Of a stretch of 52,167 nucleotides of DNA, positions 27,412 through 37,673 are shown piece after piece. The notes beneath the pieces were generated by a model, which saw only the letters and a program-made list of their open reading frames with translations, was not told the origin of the DNA and ran no database searches. The position numbers and the translations under genes were made by a program. Source of the stretch: a virus. Taxonomy: Duplodnaviria > Caudoviricetes. Location: positions 1 through 52,167 of IMG/VR virus record IMGVR_UViG_3300015245_000043; one strand, written 5' to 3'. Every line of letters begins with the position of its first letter. Position 1 is the stretch's first letter.

Positions 27412-28116
27412 CTAGCGCGGGATCGGCGGCGGCAATCCATAGACCCTCCGGTAGGGATCGATATACACGGCATTTGGCGACAAGCCGCCGACCAGCGGGA
27501 TCACGTTCCTACGCTTGTCGGAGACTTGCTTCGCCTGCATGCGCTGACGAATGCGCTGCGCGGCTTGTAGCTTGGCATTGGCGTCGGCCATCTTGTTGCG
27601 CGCCAGCCATTCCGCCGCCGCGAACAGGATGATCATGTTGTCGTCGAGGATGCAGCGGTCGTTGTCGGCGACGAGCGGCCGATAGGCGAGGTAGCCGTAG
27701 ATGTAGAGCGTGCGCGGCGATGCCGGCGTCGGCCATACCTCGTACTGTCGCGCGTCGACGATCTGCCATTTCAGGACCGGATCGGAGCGATCGGTGTCGC
27801 CGAAGGCGTTGCGATCCTCGAAGTCGATGCCGTAGCCGACCGGCGTGTAGTAGTCGTTGTACTTGTCCCAAAGCTGCCGAACATCCTCGACGAGGAGATC
27901 AGCCGGCCAGGAGTAGATACGTTCGCCCGCCAGCAACGGCTCCGTCCGATAGATACGGAGCATCGGCCAGTCGAAGTCGTTGTAGAGCGTTTCCTGCACG
28001 CGATCGAGCGCGTGCTTCACATGCTCGCGCGTCTGCTGACCCTGCGCCAATTGGATCGACTGCCCGGTCTCCAGCCGGAATTTCTGCACCATCTCGCTGA
28101 GGGTCGTGTCACGCAT
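27412..28116 (-). CDS. Tail tubular protein A / head-tail adaptor
   Basis: TLSEMV, FDWPML, YEVWPTP motifs; position downstream of the capsid gene. Confidence 0.75.
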   Translation of the reverse strand: MRDTTLSEMVQKFRLETGQSIQLAQGQQTREHVKHALDRVQETLYNDFDWPMLRIYRTEPLLAGERIYSWPADLLVEDVRQLWDKYNDYYTPVGYGIDFEDRNAFGDTDRSDPVLKWQIVDARQYEVWPTPASPRTLYIYGYLAYRPLVADNDRCILDDNMIILFAAAEWLARNKMADANAKLQAAQRIRQRMQAKQVSDKRRNVIPLVGGLSPNAVYIDPYRRVYGLPPPIPR

Positions 28117-28119
28117 GCG

Positions 28120-28548
28120 CTAGTCCAGCGGCGTCGCCTGCGGCGCAAGTTCACCGCGCGCCTCGATCTCCTGGCGCTCCTGCTCCATCTCGACCAGCGC
28201 TTCGACTTCCGCAATGGTGCGGGGAAACTGCGGCGCCAGGCCGGGGAACAGCTTGTCGATCAGTTCGCCGTAGCGCGGGTAGGTTTTGAGCAGGCGAATG
28301 CGCTCGCTGACCGCGCCGACCGGCTTCTCACCGTCCTTCACGACGTTGTAGACGGCGTCGTTGCCATTGTGAATTCGACGCAGCACGACGATCTCCGGCG
28401 CCGTCACGCCGGTCCTGTAAACCTCATTCATGGCGTCGCCATTGAGACGGACCAGGCAGGTCGCCGTCTCCATCATCGGCGCCTTCGGAAAAGAAGGCGG
28501 CGTTGCCGCCGCCTCATCAGGAAGCAAGTCCAGGGTTGCTTTTGCCAC
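28120..28548 (-). CDS. Hypothetical virion-region protein
   Basis: GTG start with GGAG RBS directly after the capsid stop; VTAPEIVVLRRIH motif. Confidence 0.7.
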   Translation of the reverse strand: MAKATLDLLPDEAAATPPSFPKAPMMETATCLVRLNGDAMNEVYRTGVTAPEIVVLRRIHNGNDAVYNVVKDGEKPVGAVSERIRLLKTYPRYGELIDKLFPGLAPQFPRTIAEVEALVEMEQERQEIEARGELAPQATPLD

Positions 28549-28556
28549 GTTAGCTC

Positions 28557-29606
28557 CTACGGGACTGCCGCGATGCTCTGGTAGACACCGTGACAATTGA
28601 GTTGGTCGGCCACGACGACACCAGTGAGGGTGACGGCGCGGTAATAGACGTACTTGTTCTCCGGTCGCGCGGGCGCGTGCTGCTTCATCCACTCATCGTC
28701 CATCGCTTCCAAGTAGAGATGCTTCGGATCGATGAAGTAGCAGTAGCGGGTCTGCGCGAGGTCATCGAGCGTCGGGTCATACTTGAACGTGCCGACGCCG
28801 CGCATCGAGATGTCGGACATCCCGATGTCATTCTTGCCGTTGTTCACGAAGCCGGTCTGTGTGTAGACGCCTTTCTCGAAAACCTCGGCTTCGAGGTCGG
28901 CGAGGAAGCCGCTGCCCGCGAGCAGGAGCGACGGGCGCCCGCCGTAGCGGCGAAGCTGCCGGACTTCGGCGCGCAGCGTCTTGGTCAAGGTCTGATCGCT
29001 GAGGTCGGCTTGGATCGCGGCCGGCGCGCGGTTGCGCCACCAGGTCACGGTGCGACGGTCGAGACCGCCGGTCAGGCCGACCGATGGCGTCGTCGTGATG
29101 AACGCCTTGACGCCAGCGATAGCCTTCGGATCGGCGGTGCCGTCACCCCAAAGCTGGCCGTTCAACGACCGGCTCGTGCCTTCGCCCATATCTTCGAGCT
29201 TATCTTCGAGCAGGTTCACCAGGCGCGTCATCTCGGCCTGGTCGTGGTTGGTCGTGTTCTCGCCGGTCGTGCTATCGGTGACCGACGTGCCGTTGATCTT
29301 GAGTTCGGTCCCGGTGATGACGATGCCGCAATGCTCCTCCTTCCAAGGATAGAACACCCGCTTGATGTTCGCCGGGTTAGCGTAGGTGACGGTATCGTCG
29401 TGCGTATAGCCGACCATCTGTGACGTGTAGTCACCCTTCACAGGGAGATCGACGTTGCCCTTGCCGCCTGGGAAGGTTTTCTTGGCGCTGACCATCGCGT
29501 CGAGCAGCGGCTTGTCCTGAATGGTCTGTAGGAATGGCTGACGCTTGATGTAGAAATCGAGCGCCGCGTTCGCGATGTTCGCGAGTTCGCCGGCTGTGAA
29601 TGCCAT
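28557..29606 (-). CDS. Major capsid protein (HK97 fold)
   Basis: 349 aa after the scaffold gene; LWGDGT, GGLDR..WWRN motifs; strong codon bias. Confidence 0.88.
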   Translation of the reverse strand: MAFTAGELANIANAALDFYIKRQPFLQTIQDKPLLDAMVSAKKTFPGGKGNVDLPVKGDYTSQMVGYTHDDTVTYANPANIKRVFYPWKEEHCGIVITGTELKINGTSVTDSTTGENTTNHDQAEMTRLVNLLEDKLEDMGEGTSRSLNGQLWGDGTADPKAIAGVKAFITTTPSVGLTGGLDRRTVTWWRNRAPAAIQADLSDQTLTKTLRAEVRQLRRYGGRPSLLLAGSGFLADLEAEVFEKGVYTQTGFVNNGKNDIGMSDISMRGVGTFKYDPTLDDLAQTRYCYFIDPKHLYLEAMDDEWMKQHAPARPENKYVYYRAVTLTGVVVADQLNCHGVYQSIAAVP

Positions 29607-29614
29607 CTGACCCT

Positions 29615-30730
29615 CTATTGGTTGAAACGGTAGCGGCCATCCAACCCTTGCTGCGCGGCCTCGCGCAGGTTCTTGGGCGGCGGCGGTGCTACGTTGTTCG
29701 GTGACGGACTGCTCGCGCTCGACGGCTGTCGCGGCGTAGCCGCTGGCCTCGGAGCGTAGCCGGCTAGGACATCATTCACGCGCTTGTAGGCGCGATCGAG
29801 GACGCTGACAGCGGCCTCCGGTGTCCTTGGCTGGCCCTCCTGCGCCAGGATGGCTCGCGCCGCGTCTTGCACCATCGGACGCTTGCGCTCGAAGTCAGGG
29901 TCTCTGGCAATGATGCTGCTTTCCCAGGTTGCCGCTGCACCACGATTACGCTCGACCGCTGTGCTGGCGACTGTCGCTTCTGTCGTCTTGGACGCCCGGC
30001 TTGCTGCCTCGTCGGACAGCCGTGCGCGCACGCGGGCTTGTGCGAGTTCCCGCGCGCTCTGCTCATCCATGAACCCCTGGTCGACCTTCTCAGCCAGGTC
30101 GTCGGGCAAGGTGTGACCGGCCCGCTTCTGTAGCTCTCGATAGATTGGCTCCAATCTTTCGAGCGCAGAGAGCGGATCGGTTTTCATGCGAGCGATCAGA
30201 TCGTAGGCGACGACCATGTCATCGGCCGTGATGCCAAACTGATCCATGTAGGCGGTGATCTTCCCGTACTGTTCGGCCGGGGCGCGAAGCTCCTCGACCT
30301 GCTTGCTCGCCGTCTGGTAGTCGGCGGTCAGCTTCTTCCAACGGGGATGATCGTTGAAGGGCGGCGGCTGTTCGGCATCAGCGGCACCTTCCTTGCTTTC
30401 GCCTCCGGGCTTCTTCGCCTGGGTTACTTGCGCGGTCGGCGCCGCTGCGCCGTTGGCCCGCTCGCTAGGAGCGGGCGCAGCCTTGCCATTGCCCTGATCT
30501 GATGGAGCGGACGGGCGCTCCGTCGCGGTCTTGGTGACAGCCGCCGTCGCGACCTTCATCAGTTCCGCATGCACGTCGAGAGGTTTGTCGCCTGGCGAAG
30601 GCGACGAAGGCTCAGCCGATGTACTCGGTGCAGACGCAGGGGTCGTCGCGGACGGATCGACCGTCGTCGAAGCCGCCGCTGGCGTGCTTGTCTGCTCAGT
30701 TTCCGGTGCCGAAGCCGGCTCGTCGGGCAT
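29615..30730 (-). CDS. Scaffolding protein
   Basis: Disordered N-terminus, PFNDHPRWKKL motif, helical core; lies between portal and capsid genes. Confidence 0.75.
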   Translation of the reverse strand: MPDEPASAPETEQTSTPAAASTTVDPSATTPASAPSTSAEPSSPSPGDKPLDVHAELMKVATAAVTKTATERPSAPSDQGNGKAAPAPSERANGAAAPTAQVTQAKKPGGESKEGAADAEQPPPFNDHPRWKKLTADYQTASKQVEELRAPAEQYGKITAYMDQFGITADDMVVAYDLIARMKTDPLSALERLEPIYRELQKRAGHTLPDDLAEKVDQGFMDEQSARELAQARVRARLSDEAASRASKTTEATVASTAVERNRGAAATWESSIIARDPDFERKRPMVQDAARAILAQEGQPRTPEAAVSVLDRAYKRVNDVLAGYAPRPAATPRQPSSASSPSPNNVAPPPPKNLREAAQQGLDGRYRFNQ

Positions 30731-30802
30731 GTTCAACCCCTGTCCCTTGTTCGCGTCATACTCCTGTCGGGTAACAAACTCAACACTAACCCGACAAATT
30801 GA

Positions 30803-33100
30803 TCACGCCGCTCCTCGCTGCGCGACTGACGGCGGCACCGCTACCTGCGGTCGCGTGCGCGGAATTGTCGTCGGCGGTGCAGCGTTCGCGGCGGCGCCTT
30901 GACCAGGCTGCGGCGCGTTGTTGGCGCCCTGCGCGCCCTCGGCGGGCTTGCCACCGCCCGGTCGCGGCGCGCCGGCACTCTCCGGCTGCGCCGAACCGCC
31001 CGCCATCGTGTTCTGCGCGACGATCGACGGGATGTTCTGTGCCATCGCGTCGGTCAGGTCCATGCGATCGTCCATCCGGCGCAACACTTGCTGCGCCAGC
31101 CACATCGGATTGATGCCGGGGATTTGGATCAGGTAGGGCAGGATCATATTCATATTCTGCATCTCCTGCGCCTTGTTCGGGCGGCCCGACGATCCGGCCT
31201 CGACTTCGACGTAGAATTCCGACGCGATGTCGGCCTTGCTCATCTGCGGCCAGATGGCACCCGGCCCGGCAATCTGCTGCACGGTCGGCAGCGTCAATTC
31301 GATCATGCAGACCTGGCCGCCGGCCCGCGCCATGTCGGAGAGGAAGTCATCGAGGTCGTCGATGTTGGATTGCAGCGACGAGAGCCGGCTGCTCTCCGCG
31401 ATCGAGCTTTCGGTCGCCGTGCTGTTGCTGGTGCCGCCCAGGTTAGCCTCCTGAGAGCCGACCACGCGCAGCACATCTTGAAAGACCATGTCGGTATTGT
31501 AGAGCGCCGGATCGATCGGCGGTCCCTTGTACGCCTGTATCAAGTCCTCGACCTTCTGCCCCGGCGACAACGCGCCAATCTCGATGATGGCGTTGTCGGG
31601 GTGAGTTTTCATCGCCGTCTCATCCTCCTCGCTGAGGACGCCGGCCGCGACGATGGTCTTGGGCCGGTTGGCGATCCGATGGCGACGCAGACCCTCGCGG
31701 CAGCGGTTGTACTCGCGCTGCGCCGACATAAGCAGGCGCACGTCGCTGACCGGGAACACCTTGGTCTCGTGTTCGCCGTCGTTGAAGGAGAGCGGGAACC
31801 AAGGCCAGAAGCGTTCCAGCGCCGGACGCGGCGACGCCGGAGCGCGCAGGTAGTCAGGCCAGCCCTCGCAGACCGTAGAGACCGTGCCGCTCTTGCGCTC
31901 GTAAACCTCGTAGACGCAGGCGACGGTCTCGCCGCTGTAGCCGGCCGGCACCGACCCCATCGCTTGCAGCTTGGTCGGACTGACGCCCTGATAACTGTAG
32001 GCGGTGTAATTCGACGAGATGTCGATGCCGTAGATTTCCTCGATCTCGCGCGGCGTCAGAACATATTCCTGCGACACCCGGTTGCAGCCGATGAACCCCT
32101 TCAATTGCTTGCAGCGGCGATCGGGGATGACCGACCACGACGCCGGGTAGTCGATCGTCAACCCTTCACGGATCAGAAGGTCTGGCTCCGATTGAAGGGC
32201 ATCCATCGTCTTGCGTATCTCCTCCATCTCGGCACTCGCCGGATTGAGCTTGTCGTCGGCCACGTCGGCGACGAGCGCCTGTAAGTGTGCCATGCGCTCG
32301 CTGGCGTCGGCGATGCCCTGCACGACTTCGGGCTTGGTCTCCATCACCCGCTGAAAGCCGATCTTCGCGTAGGAGACGCCGCACGTGATCGCGCGCCGCA
32401 CCGCCTGCTTCATCTGATACTTGAACGGCTGCACCTGCTCGTCGGTGTAGTAGGTGAAAACGATCTCCAGGGTGCGCGCCAAGTTCTCGTACATCTTGCG
32501 CTGCGACATGCCCTGCTGAATGTCGGCAAGCGTCTGCACCGCCTGCTGCGTCGCCTGCACCTGTTGCGGCGCCATCATCGGCGGCGCGCCTGGCGCTGCG
32601 CCGCCGGTCGCCGCTACCGCCGCCCCTTGCTGCACGGTCTGCATCGCCAGCATCGCCGACTGCGGATTTTCATCCCATACCGCGAAGTCGAGCCGCTTCT
32701 TGCGGCGGGCGACGAAAGTCGGGTTCTTGGCGTAAAGCGCGCTGACGCGCTGGTTGACATGCCGCTGCACGATGTTCGCGGTGTAGCGGTCGTCGCTCCA
32801 GCCTTGCTGGTCCGGCCATTGCCAGCCGCGCGCGAAGTCCATGTCGACGCGCATTTGCTTGAAGTCCGCCTCGAAGTGTGCCTTGTCGAGCTTCACTTCC
32901 TGCATCAGCTTGGCAACGCCCTGGCGCCGGCTCTCCGGTATGTCGGGCGGCTCGCGCTGCACCTTCGAGCGCCCATCGATCGGCGCCGCCGCGTCCGGCG
33001 TCAGCGCGGGCGACATGCCGCTGGCATCCGGTAGCGGCGCCATGTCACCCGGCGGCATCGGCATCGCGCCGCTCATCGGCATCTCTGGTCCGATCGCCAT
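30803..33100 (-). CDS. Portal protein
   Basis: 765 aa after TerL; ALYAKNP, STATES, VEAGSSGRPNKAQE motifs. Confidence 0.85.
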   Translation of the reverse strand: MAIGPEMPMSGAMPMPPGDMAPLPDASGMSPALTPDAAAPIDGRSKVQREPPDIPESRRQGVAKLMQEVKLDKAHFEADFKQMRVDMDFARGWQWPDQQGWSDDRYTANIVQRHVNQRVSALYAKNPTFVARRKKRLDFAVWDENPQSAMLAMQTVQQGAAVAATGGAAPGAPPMMAPQQVQATQQAVQTLADIQQGMSQRKMYENLARTLEIVFTYYTDEQVQPFKYQMKQAVRRAITCGVSYAKIGFQRVMETKPEVVQGIADASERMAHLQALVADVADDKLNPASAEMEEIRKTMDALQSEPDLLIREGLTIDYPASWSVIPDRRCKQLKGFIGCNRVSQEYVLTPREIEEIYGIDISSNYTAYSYQGVSPTKLQAMGSVPAGYSGETVACVYEVYERKSGTVSTVCEGWPDYLRAPASPRPALERFWPWFPLSFNDGEHETKVFPVSDVRLLMSAQREYNRCREGLRRHRIANRPKTIVAAGVLSEEDETAMKTHPDNAIIEIGALSPGQKVEDLIQAYKGPPIDPALYNTDMVFQDVLRVVGSQEANLGGTSNSTATESSIAESSRLSSLQSNIDDLDDFLSDMARAGGQVCMIELTLPTVQQIAGPGAIWPQMSKADIASEFYVEVEAGSSGRPNKAQEMQNMNMILPYLIQIPGINPMWLAQQVLRRMDDRMDLTDAMAQNIPSIVAQNTMAGGSAQPESAGAPRPGGGKPAEGAQGANNAPQPGQGAAANAAPPTTIPRTRPQVAVPPSVAQRGAA

Positions 33101-34681
33101 CTAAAACCCCTGGTGTTGCACGACGCGGCGTTCCTTCGCCCGCGTCGCATGCTTCAAGGCGCCGAAAGTGCCGTCGGCGTAGGGCGACGCTTCGCGCGTG
33201 CGCGCCGACGCCCGGTTTTGCAGATTGAGACCGCGCCCCAACAACGAGATGAAATCGACGAAGTCGTCGCGCAGCGCGTTCGGGAAGCCGAATAGCTCCT
33301 CGACGGCGTCGCCATACCAGCCGGCGAAGATCGGGAGATGCACCTTCCCCATCGACATCCGGCCTTGGATCGCCTGCGCCCGCGCCATCTTGTCTTTCGT
33401 CGAGACAAGCTGATGGATCGCGCAGTAGGTGCCGCTCTCCAGCATGCGCTGCCGCAGGAACGGCTCGATCGAGCGGAAGATTTGATCCTTCTCGGCCCAC
33501 CACAGGAGCGGCCCGCGCGCGAAGTAGCTGAGCATCGCTTCGACGACGATCGAGGTCTGCGCCCGCCGCCAGAAGATGTCGGGCAGTATCCACAGGTCGC
33601 CGCTCTCGTCGACGCCAGCCAGGCCGAAGCACGACTTGTCGTTGCGCTGCTCCGCCGACGTTGCAAGGTCCGATGCCCCATAGAGCCGCAGGTTGCTAGG
33701 CTGATCGCCGCGTCGATAGGGATGGATGCAGGAGGCATTGAAGAAGGCGCCCTCGGACGGCGACGGGCGGCCTTGCCAGATCGCGCTAAAGCTCTCCGGG
33801 TTCAGCTTCCGCATGTCCTCCAGGTATTGCTTTGTGAAGCGCTCCGGCCACAGCGGCTCGCCCGGCTTGCGGTCGAGGATGTCACCCTCGTCGGCGAGCG
33901 CGGGGATGTTGATGACCGTCCATTGCTTCGCCAGTTCGGGATCGTAGCAAGGGTTCTTGGGATCGGTCAGGCGGCCGACGACATCGTCCTCGTGCCAGCG
34001 CGTCAGGATGATGATCACCGCTGAGTAGGTGTCCATCAGGCGCGACATTGCGACATCGGTGAACCATGACCAGGTCCGCTCGCGCATCGGCCGGCTGTTG
34101 GCCTCGTCGCGGTCCTTGATCATGTCGTCGAGGACCAGCTTGTGTGCGCCGCGTCCGGTGACTGAGCCGCCCCGGCCGACGAAGAAGATCACGCCGCCCT
34201 GGTTGGTCTGTAGCCGATCGCTGGCGGCGCTGCCGGTGCCAAGCCGCACGTCGGGAAAAACCTGTTGATAAACCGGCTGCGTCATGACCGACCGCACGTC
34301 GCGGCCGAAGTCGAGCGCGAATTCCTCGTTGTAGGTGCCGAAGATGATCGACTGGCGCGGGTTGCGCCCCATCGACCAGGGAATGTACTTGCGCGAGGTC
34401 AGTTCGCTTTTGCCGTGACGCGGCGGCATCGAGATGATGACGCGATGGAGCAGCCCCATCTCGACCGCCATCAGCGTCGACGCCAGGAAACTGTGATGAC
34501 GGTAGGCTTGGTATCGCGAGCGGGAGAGATCATCAGGCGCAGCCACGTCGGCCGACGTGATCTGCGCGAAGGTCAGGAGGTCGCCCTGCGCCCTCTGCAA
34601 CAACGCCAGGCGCCGCAGCGCCGCGTTGCCGATCTCGGCTTGCGCCTGATACTCCCGCTCGACGACATCACTGTGATCCAT
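33101..34681 (-). CDS. terL: Terminase large subunit
   Basis: Walker A MPPRHGKSE, Walker B LVLDDMIKD, TRWHEDD, nuclease ASDLA and DDFVD. Confidence 0.95.
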   Translation of the reverse strand: MDHSDVVEREYQAQAEIGNAALRRLALLQRAQGDLLTFAQITSADVAAPDDLSRSRYQAYRHHSFLASTLMAVEMGLLHRVIISMPPRHGKSELTSRKYIPWSMGRNPRQSIIFGTYNEEFALDFGRDVRSVMTQPVYQQVFPDVRLGTGSAASDRLQTNQGGVIFFVGRGGSVTGRGAHKLVLDDMIKDRDEANSRPMRERTWSWFTDVAMSRLMDTYSAVIIILTRWHEDDVVGRLTDPKNPCYDPELAKQWTVINIPALADEGDILDRKPGEPLWPERFTKQYLEDMRKLNPESFSAIWQGRPSPSEGAFFNASCIHPYRRGDQPSNLRLYGASDLATSAEQRNDKSCFGLAGVDESGDLWILPDIFWRRAQTSIVVEAMLSYFARGPLLWWAEKDQIFRSIEPFLRQRMLESGTYCAIHQLVSTKDKMARAQAIQGRMSMGKVHLPIFAGWYGDAVEELFGFPNALRDDFVDFISLLGRGLNLQNRASARTREASPYADGTFGALKHATRAKERRVVQHQGF

Positions 34682-34684
34682 CGC

Positions 34685-34939
34685 CTAGCTCAGTGGCCCT
34701 CCGTCCGGCGGCGTCTCTGCCGCCAGCTTGGCCTTGGCGGCGTCGATCAGCTTGCGCTCCTCGGCGGTCGACGCCTCGGTCGCGGCCTCCTGCTCGGCGA
34801 TCATCTGCTCGCGCGTTTTGAGTGTTGGCCCGCCAAGCGGCCCGATCGGAACCTCGCCGCCGCCAACGGCGTCGTCGAGCTTTCGCATCCCCTCTGCCGG
34901 CGGTGTCTCAGCCGGCGCGCCCTGTGTCGTATCGTCCAT
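34685..34939 (-). CDS. Small acidic hypothetical protein
   Basis: 84 aa with GAGGAG RBS. Confidence 0.65.
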   Translation of the reverse strand: MDDTTQGAPAETPPAEGMRKLDDAVGGGEVPIGPLGGPTLKTREQMIAEQEAATEASTAEERKLIDAAKAKLAAETPPDGGPLS

Positions 34940-34950
34940 GCTTCTCTCCT

Positions 34951-35133
34951 CTATGGTGCAGCCGCCACGTAGGCGGTCGTGCCGGTCGTGATGATGGTCG
35001 TCTGCGCGTTGATCGCGGTGACGAAGGCCGCGTCGGTCACGTAGGCGCCGCGCTCCTGCCCGGCATTGAGCGCGATCAGGGTGTCGGAAGCGACCTTTAG
35101 CCGCTGCCGGATGTCTCGCTTGGTATCAGCCAT
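34951..35133 (-). CDS. Small protein, RDIRQR paralogue 2
   Basis: GGAGGG RBS; shares MAD..RDIRQR with the upstream gene. Confidence 0.7.
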   Translation of the reverse strand: MADTKRDIRQRLKVASDTLIALNAGQERGAYVTDAAFVTAINAQTTIITTGTTAYVAAAP

Positions 35134-35150
35134 TACTCTGTCCCTCCTTT

Positions 35151-35348
35151 CTAGGGTTCGGCGTCAGGGTAGGCGGCAAGATCGGCTTCGATGTCGGCCG
35201 CGTTCTTTTGCAGCTTGTCGAGGAATTCGGCGTCGAGCATCGAGCCTTGCGCCCAGGCGGCGCCGTAGAAACCGATGTCCTCGCTGTTGGTCTTGACGCG
35301 CTGCCGGATGTCGCGTTGCGTCTTGGGCGGCTCTACAGGGTCAGCCAT
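35151..35348 (-). CDS. Small protein, RDIRQR paralogue 1
   Basis: AGGAG RBS, ATG at 35348. Confidence 0.7.
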   Translation of the reverse strand: MADPVEPPKTQRDIRQRVKTNSEDIGFYGAAWAQGSMLDAEFLDKLQKNAADIEADLAAYPDAEP

Positions 35349-35358
35349 GATTACTCTC

Positions 35359-35658
35359 CTAACCTGTCGGTTCGCCAATCGACGGGCGCTGAAACGGATA
35401 GACGCTGCAAGTGCCGTTCGGCCCATTGCTCCATTCACCGCCCGCCCCCTCGCAGATGTCGCGCCAGAACAGGCCATCGACGGTTTTCGAGCGCTGGCCG
35501 TAGCGGTCGGCGGCACTGTGCTTCGGATCGTAAGGCTCGCGCATGTGGTCGTTGCGAGCGCAGCCGCTCAGCGAAAACACGATGACGATGCAGACGATCA
35601 GCCACGCCAAGGCGGCGGCGCCGACCTGAAACCACGTCAGTTCGAATTCGGGCTTCAA
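35359..35658 (-). CDS. Putative membrane-anchored lipoprotein
   Basis: TTG start overlapping the tail fibre stop; hydrophobic stretch ending in LSGC; C-x5-W motif. Confidence 0.55.
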   Translation of the reverse strand: MKPEFELTWFQVGAAALAWLIVCIVIVFSLSGCARNDHMREPYDPKHSAADRYGQRSKTVDGLFWRDICEGAGGEWSNGPNGTCSVYPFQRPSIGEPTG

Positions 35659-37673
35659 TTGATCACCTGTACTTTCACGCGGCCGAACCAATCGGCGGTC
35701 ACGGTGATGCCGACCGCCTGCGTTCCCTTGTTGGTAATCCAGAAGGCTGAGTTTGACATATGATGGTGAACCTGCGTCGCGTCGCACCACAGGCCGCCGC
35801 CCGCGCCGGAATTGACGTTGGAGAAAAGCACGTTGACGACATCGCCGACCGCGTAGCCGGCATTGATGATCTTGCAGATGATGTACATCCACACATCGTC
35901 AGGCCGGACGCCCAACAGATGATTGGTGATCGTGTCGGTGCTTAGGACTAACGTCCAATCCGGCGTGATGAAAGAACGCTTGCCTCGGAAGAAGAAGCGC
36001 GCGTCGGCGACGCTGCCAAGGATCAGAGTGCCGGCGTCGCCCGGCGTCGGCAGGTTCAAGGTGACCAGCGGCGTCGCCTTCGAGACGCAGCGGTCGGCAC
36101 CCTGCGCGTTGAAGGCGAGAACGCCTGCGCCCGGCGCCGACATGACTTCGATCTTCCAACCGTCGACCAGGCCGGCGCTCGCCGGGATGGTGATGATGCA
36201 GCCGCCGGCCGCCGTGTAGATGAACGTCTTGCCGTTGTCGGCAAGAGCCGGCGCATGCGCGGCACCAGCGATGATCGAAGCACCGCCGGATGGCGCCGCG
36301 CCGTTGGCCGCCGCCGTGACGTGGCCCTTCTGATCGACCGTGATGTTGGCATTCGTGTAGGCACCCGGCGCGACGGCGGTGTCAGCATGCCCGATGGTCC
36401 GGTTGGCGCTGAGATCACCGCCGCCGGTAATCGGCGCGGTGACGCCGACGGTGCGCGAGGTCGGCACGGCGCCAATGTTGGCGAGCAGCCCGGCGGCGTT
36501 GTTGATGGTCGTGAGCAGACCGCGCATGTAGGCGGTCGCGTCCGAAATCATCGCGGCGGTGAAGGCGGTCCAGGCCCAGGCTCCGGCATTGGCGATCAGC
36601 GACTTGTTGTTGTCGCCGGGATTGGCCGGGACCGGCACCTGGTTGATCGGCGTGTTCGCGATTGCCGTGATCCGGCCCTGCTGATCGATGGTCGCGGTCG
36701 CTGGCCCGTAGGTGCCAGGCACGACGCCCGGCTGATCGGCCAGGCGCACGGTGCGATCGGCGCTGAGGTCGCCGCCGCCGGTCAACCCGGTGCCGGCGAT
36801 GATCTGCCGCGTCGTCGGCGGGACGCCGAAGTAGGCTTGTGCCTGCGCGGCGTTGGCGGTGCCGGTCAAGAACGCCTTGGCATAGGCGGTCGCGTCGCTG
36901 ATCCGCGCGACCAGGAAGGCGAGCCAATTGAAGGCGCCGGCTCCGGTCGCGGTGAGAACCTTGTCGACATCGCCGGCAACCGGCGGCGGCACCGATCCCG
37001 ACCCTGAGATCAAGCCCTGCACCTGACCAAGGGTCGGCACGTCGGTCGGCGCGACGGCGGCGACGGCGCCCTTGATCGTCTTGCCGGCGGCGGTCCATTT
37101 GCCGTCGGCGGTGTCGATCGTCAGCACGTCTTGCAGGACGTAGGCGGTGTGACCGGGATTGACGATCAGACCCTTGCCGGCGACCAGCGGCGGCCCCGGC
37201 ATGCTGGCGGCGGCGGTCTCCGCTGCGGCTTGCGCGGTCTGCGCGCCCTGCTCGTAGAGGAAGGCCGATGACGCGGCATCGGCGGCGGTCGCAGCATCGG
37301 TCGCGCTCGACGCCGCATGCGTCGCGGAGGTCGCGGCATCGTCGGCGGCGGCTTGCGCGCTGAGCGCAGCGGCTTCGGCCGCCGCAACCGAGTTCGCTTC
37401 GGCCTCGCTCATCACCGCCAGCACGCTATCGTCGAGACTGTCGGCGGTGACGACGCCATTGACCAGGCCGCCGTCGTCGCGCTGGATCAGCGCGAGCCGT
37501 TCCTGCAAGAGGTTGATGCCGTCGTTGCTCTGATCGTAGTCGGCGCCGATCCAATCCGCCGGCAGCGGCGCCGTCGGATGATCGGTCTGCCATTGAACGT
37601 AGTCGTAGAGCCGCGTGATTGGCGTTGGGACCGGCGGCGGTACGTCGAGAACCGAAGGCGCGTCGTCTGGCAT
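35655..37673 (-). CDS. Tail fibre protein
   Basis: Likely start 37673; IQRDDG.L.NG.V anchor, Ala-rich coil, two long repeats containing GGGDLSA.RT and TID/TVD..G. Confidence 0.85.
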   Translation of the reverse strand: MPDDAPSVLDVPPPVPTPITRLYDYVQWQTDHPTAPLPADWIGADYDQSNDGINLLQERLALIQRDDGGLVNGVVTADSLDDSVLAVMSEAEANSVAAAEAAALSAQAAADDAATSATHAASSATDAATAADAASSAFLYEQGAQTAQAAAETAAASMPGPPLVAGKGLIVNPGHTAYVLQDVLTIDTADGKWTAAGKTIKGAVAAVAPTDVPTLGQVQGLISGSGSVPPPVAGDVDKVLTATGAGAFNWLAFLVARISDATAYAKAFLTGTANAAQAQAYFGVPPTTRQIIAGTGLTGGGDLSADRTVRLADQPGVVPGTYGPATATIDQQGRITAIANTPINQVPVPANPGDNNKSLIANAGAWAWTAFTAAMISDATAYMRGLLTTINNAAGLLANIGAVPTSRTVGVTAPITGGGDLSANRTIGHADTAVAPGAYTNANITVDQKGHVTAAANGAAPSGGASIIAGAAHAPALADNGKTFIYTAAGGCIITIPASAGLVDGWKIEVMSAPGAGVLAFNAQGADRCVSKATPLVTLNLPTPGDAGTLILGSVADARFFFRGKRSFITPDWTLVLSTDTITNHLLGVRPDDVWMYIICKIINAGYAVGDVVNVLFSNVNSGAGGGLWCDATQVHHHMSNSAFWITNKGTQAVGITVTADWFGRVKVQVIN

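Noticed and set aside
35655-37673. Diversity-generating retroelement or invertible tail fibre
   Set aside because: No reverse transcriptase, template/variable repeat pair or serine invertase seen; the internal repeats are ordinary diverged fibre repeats.
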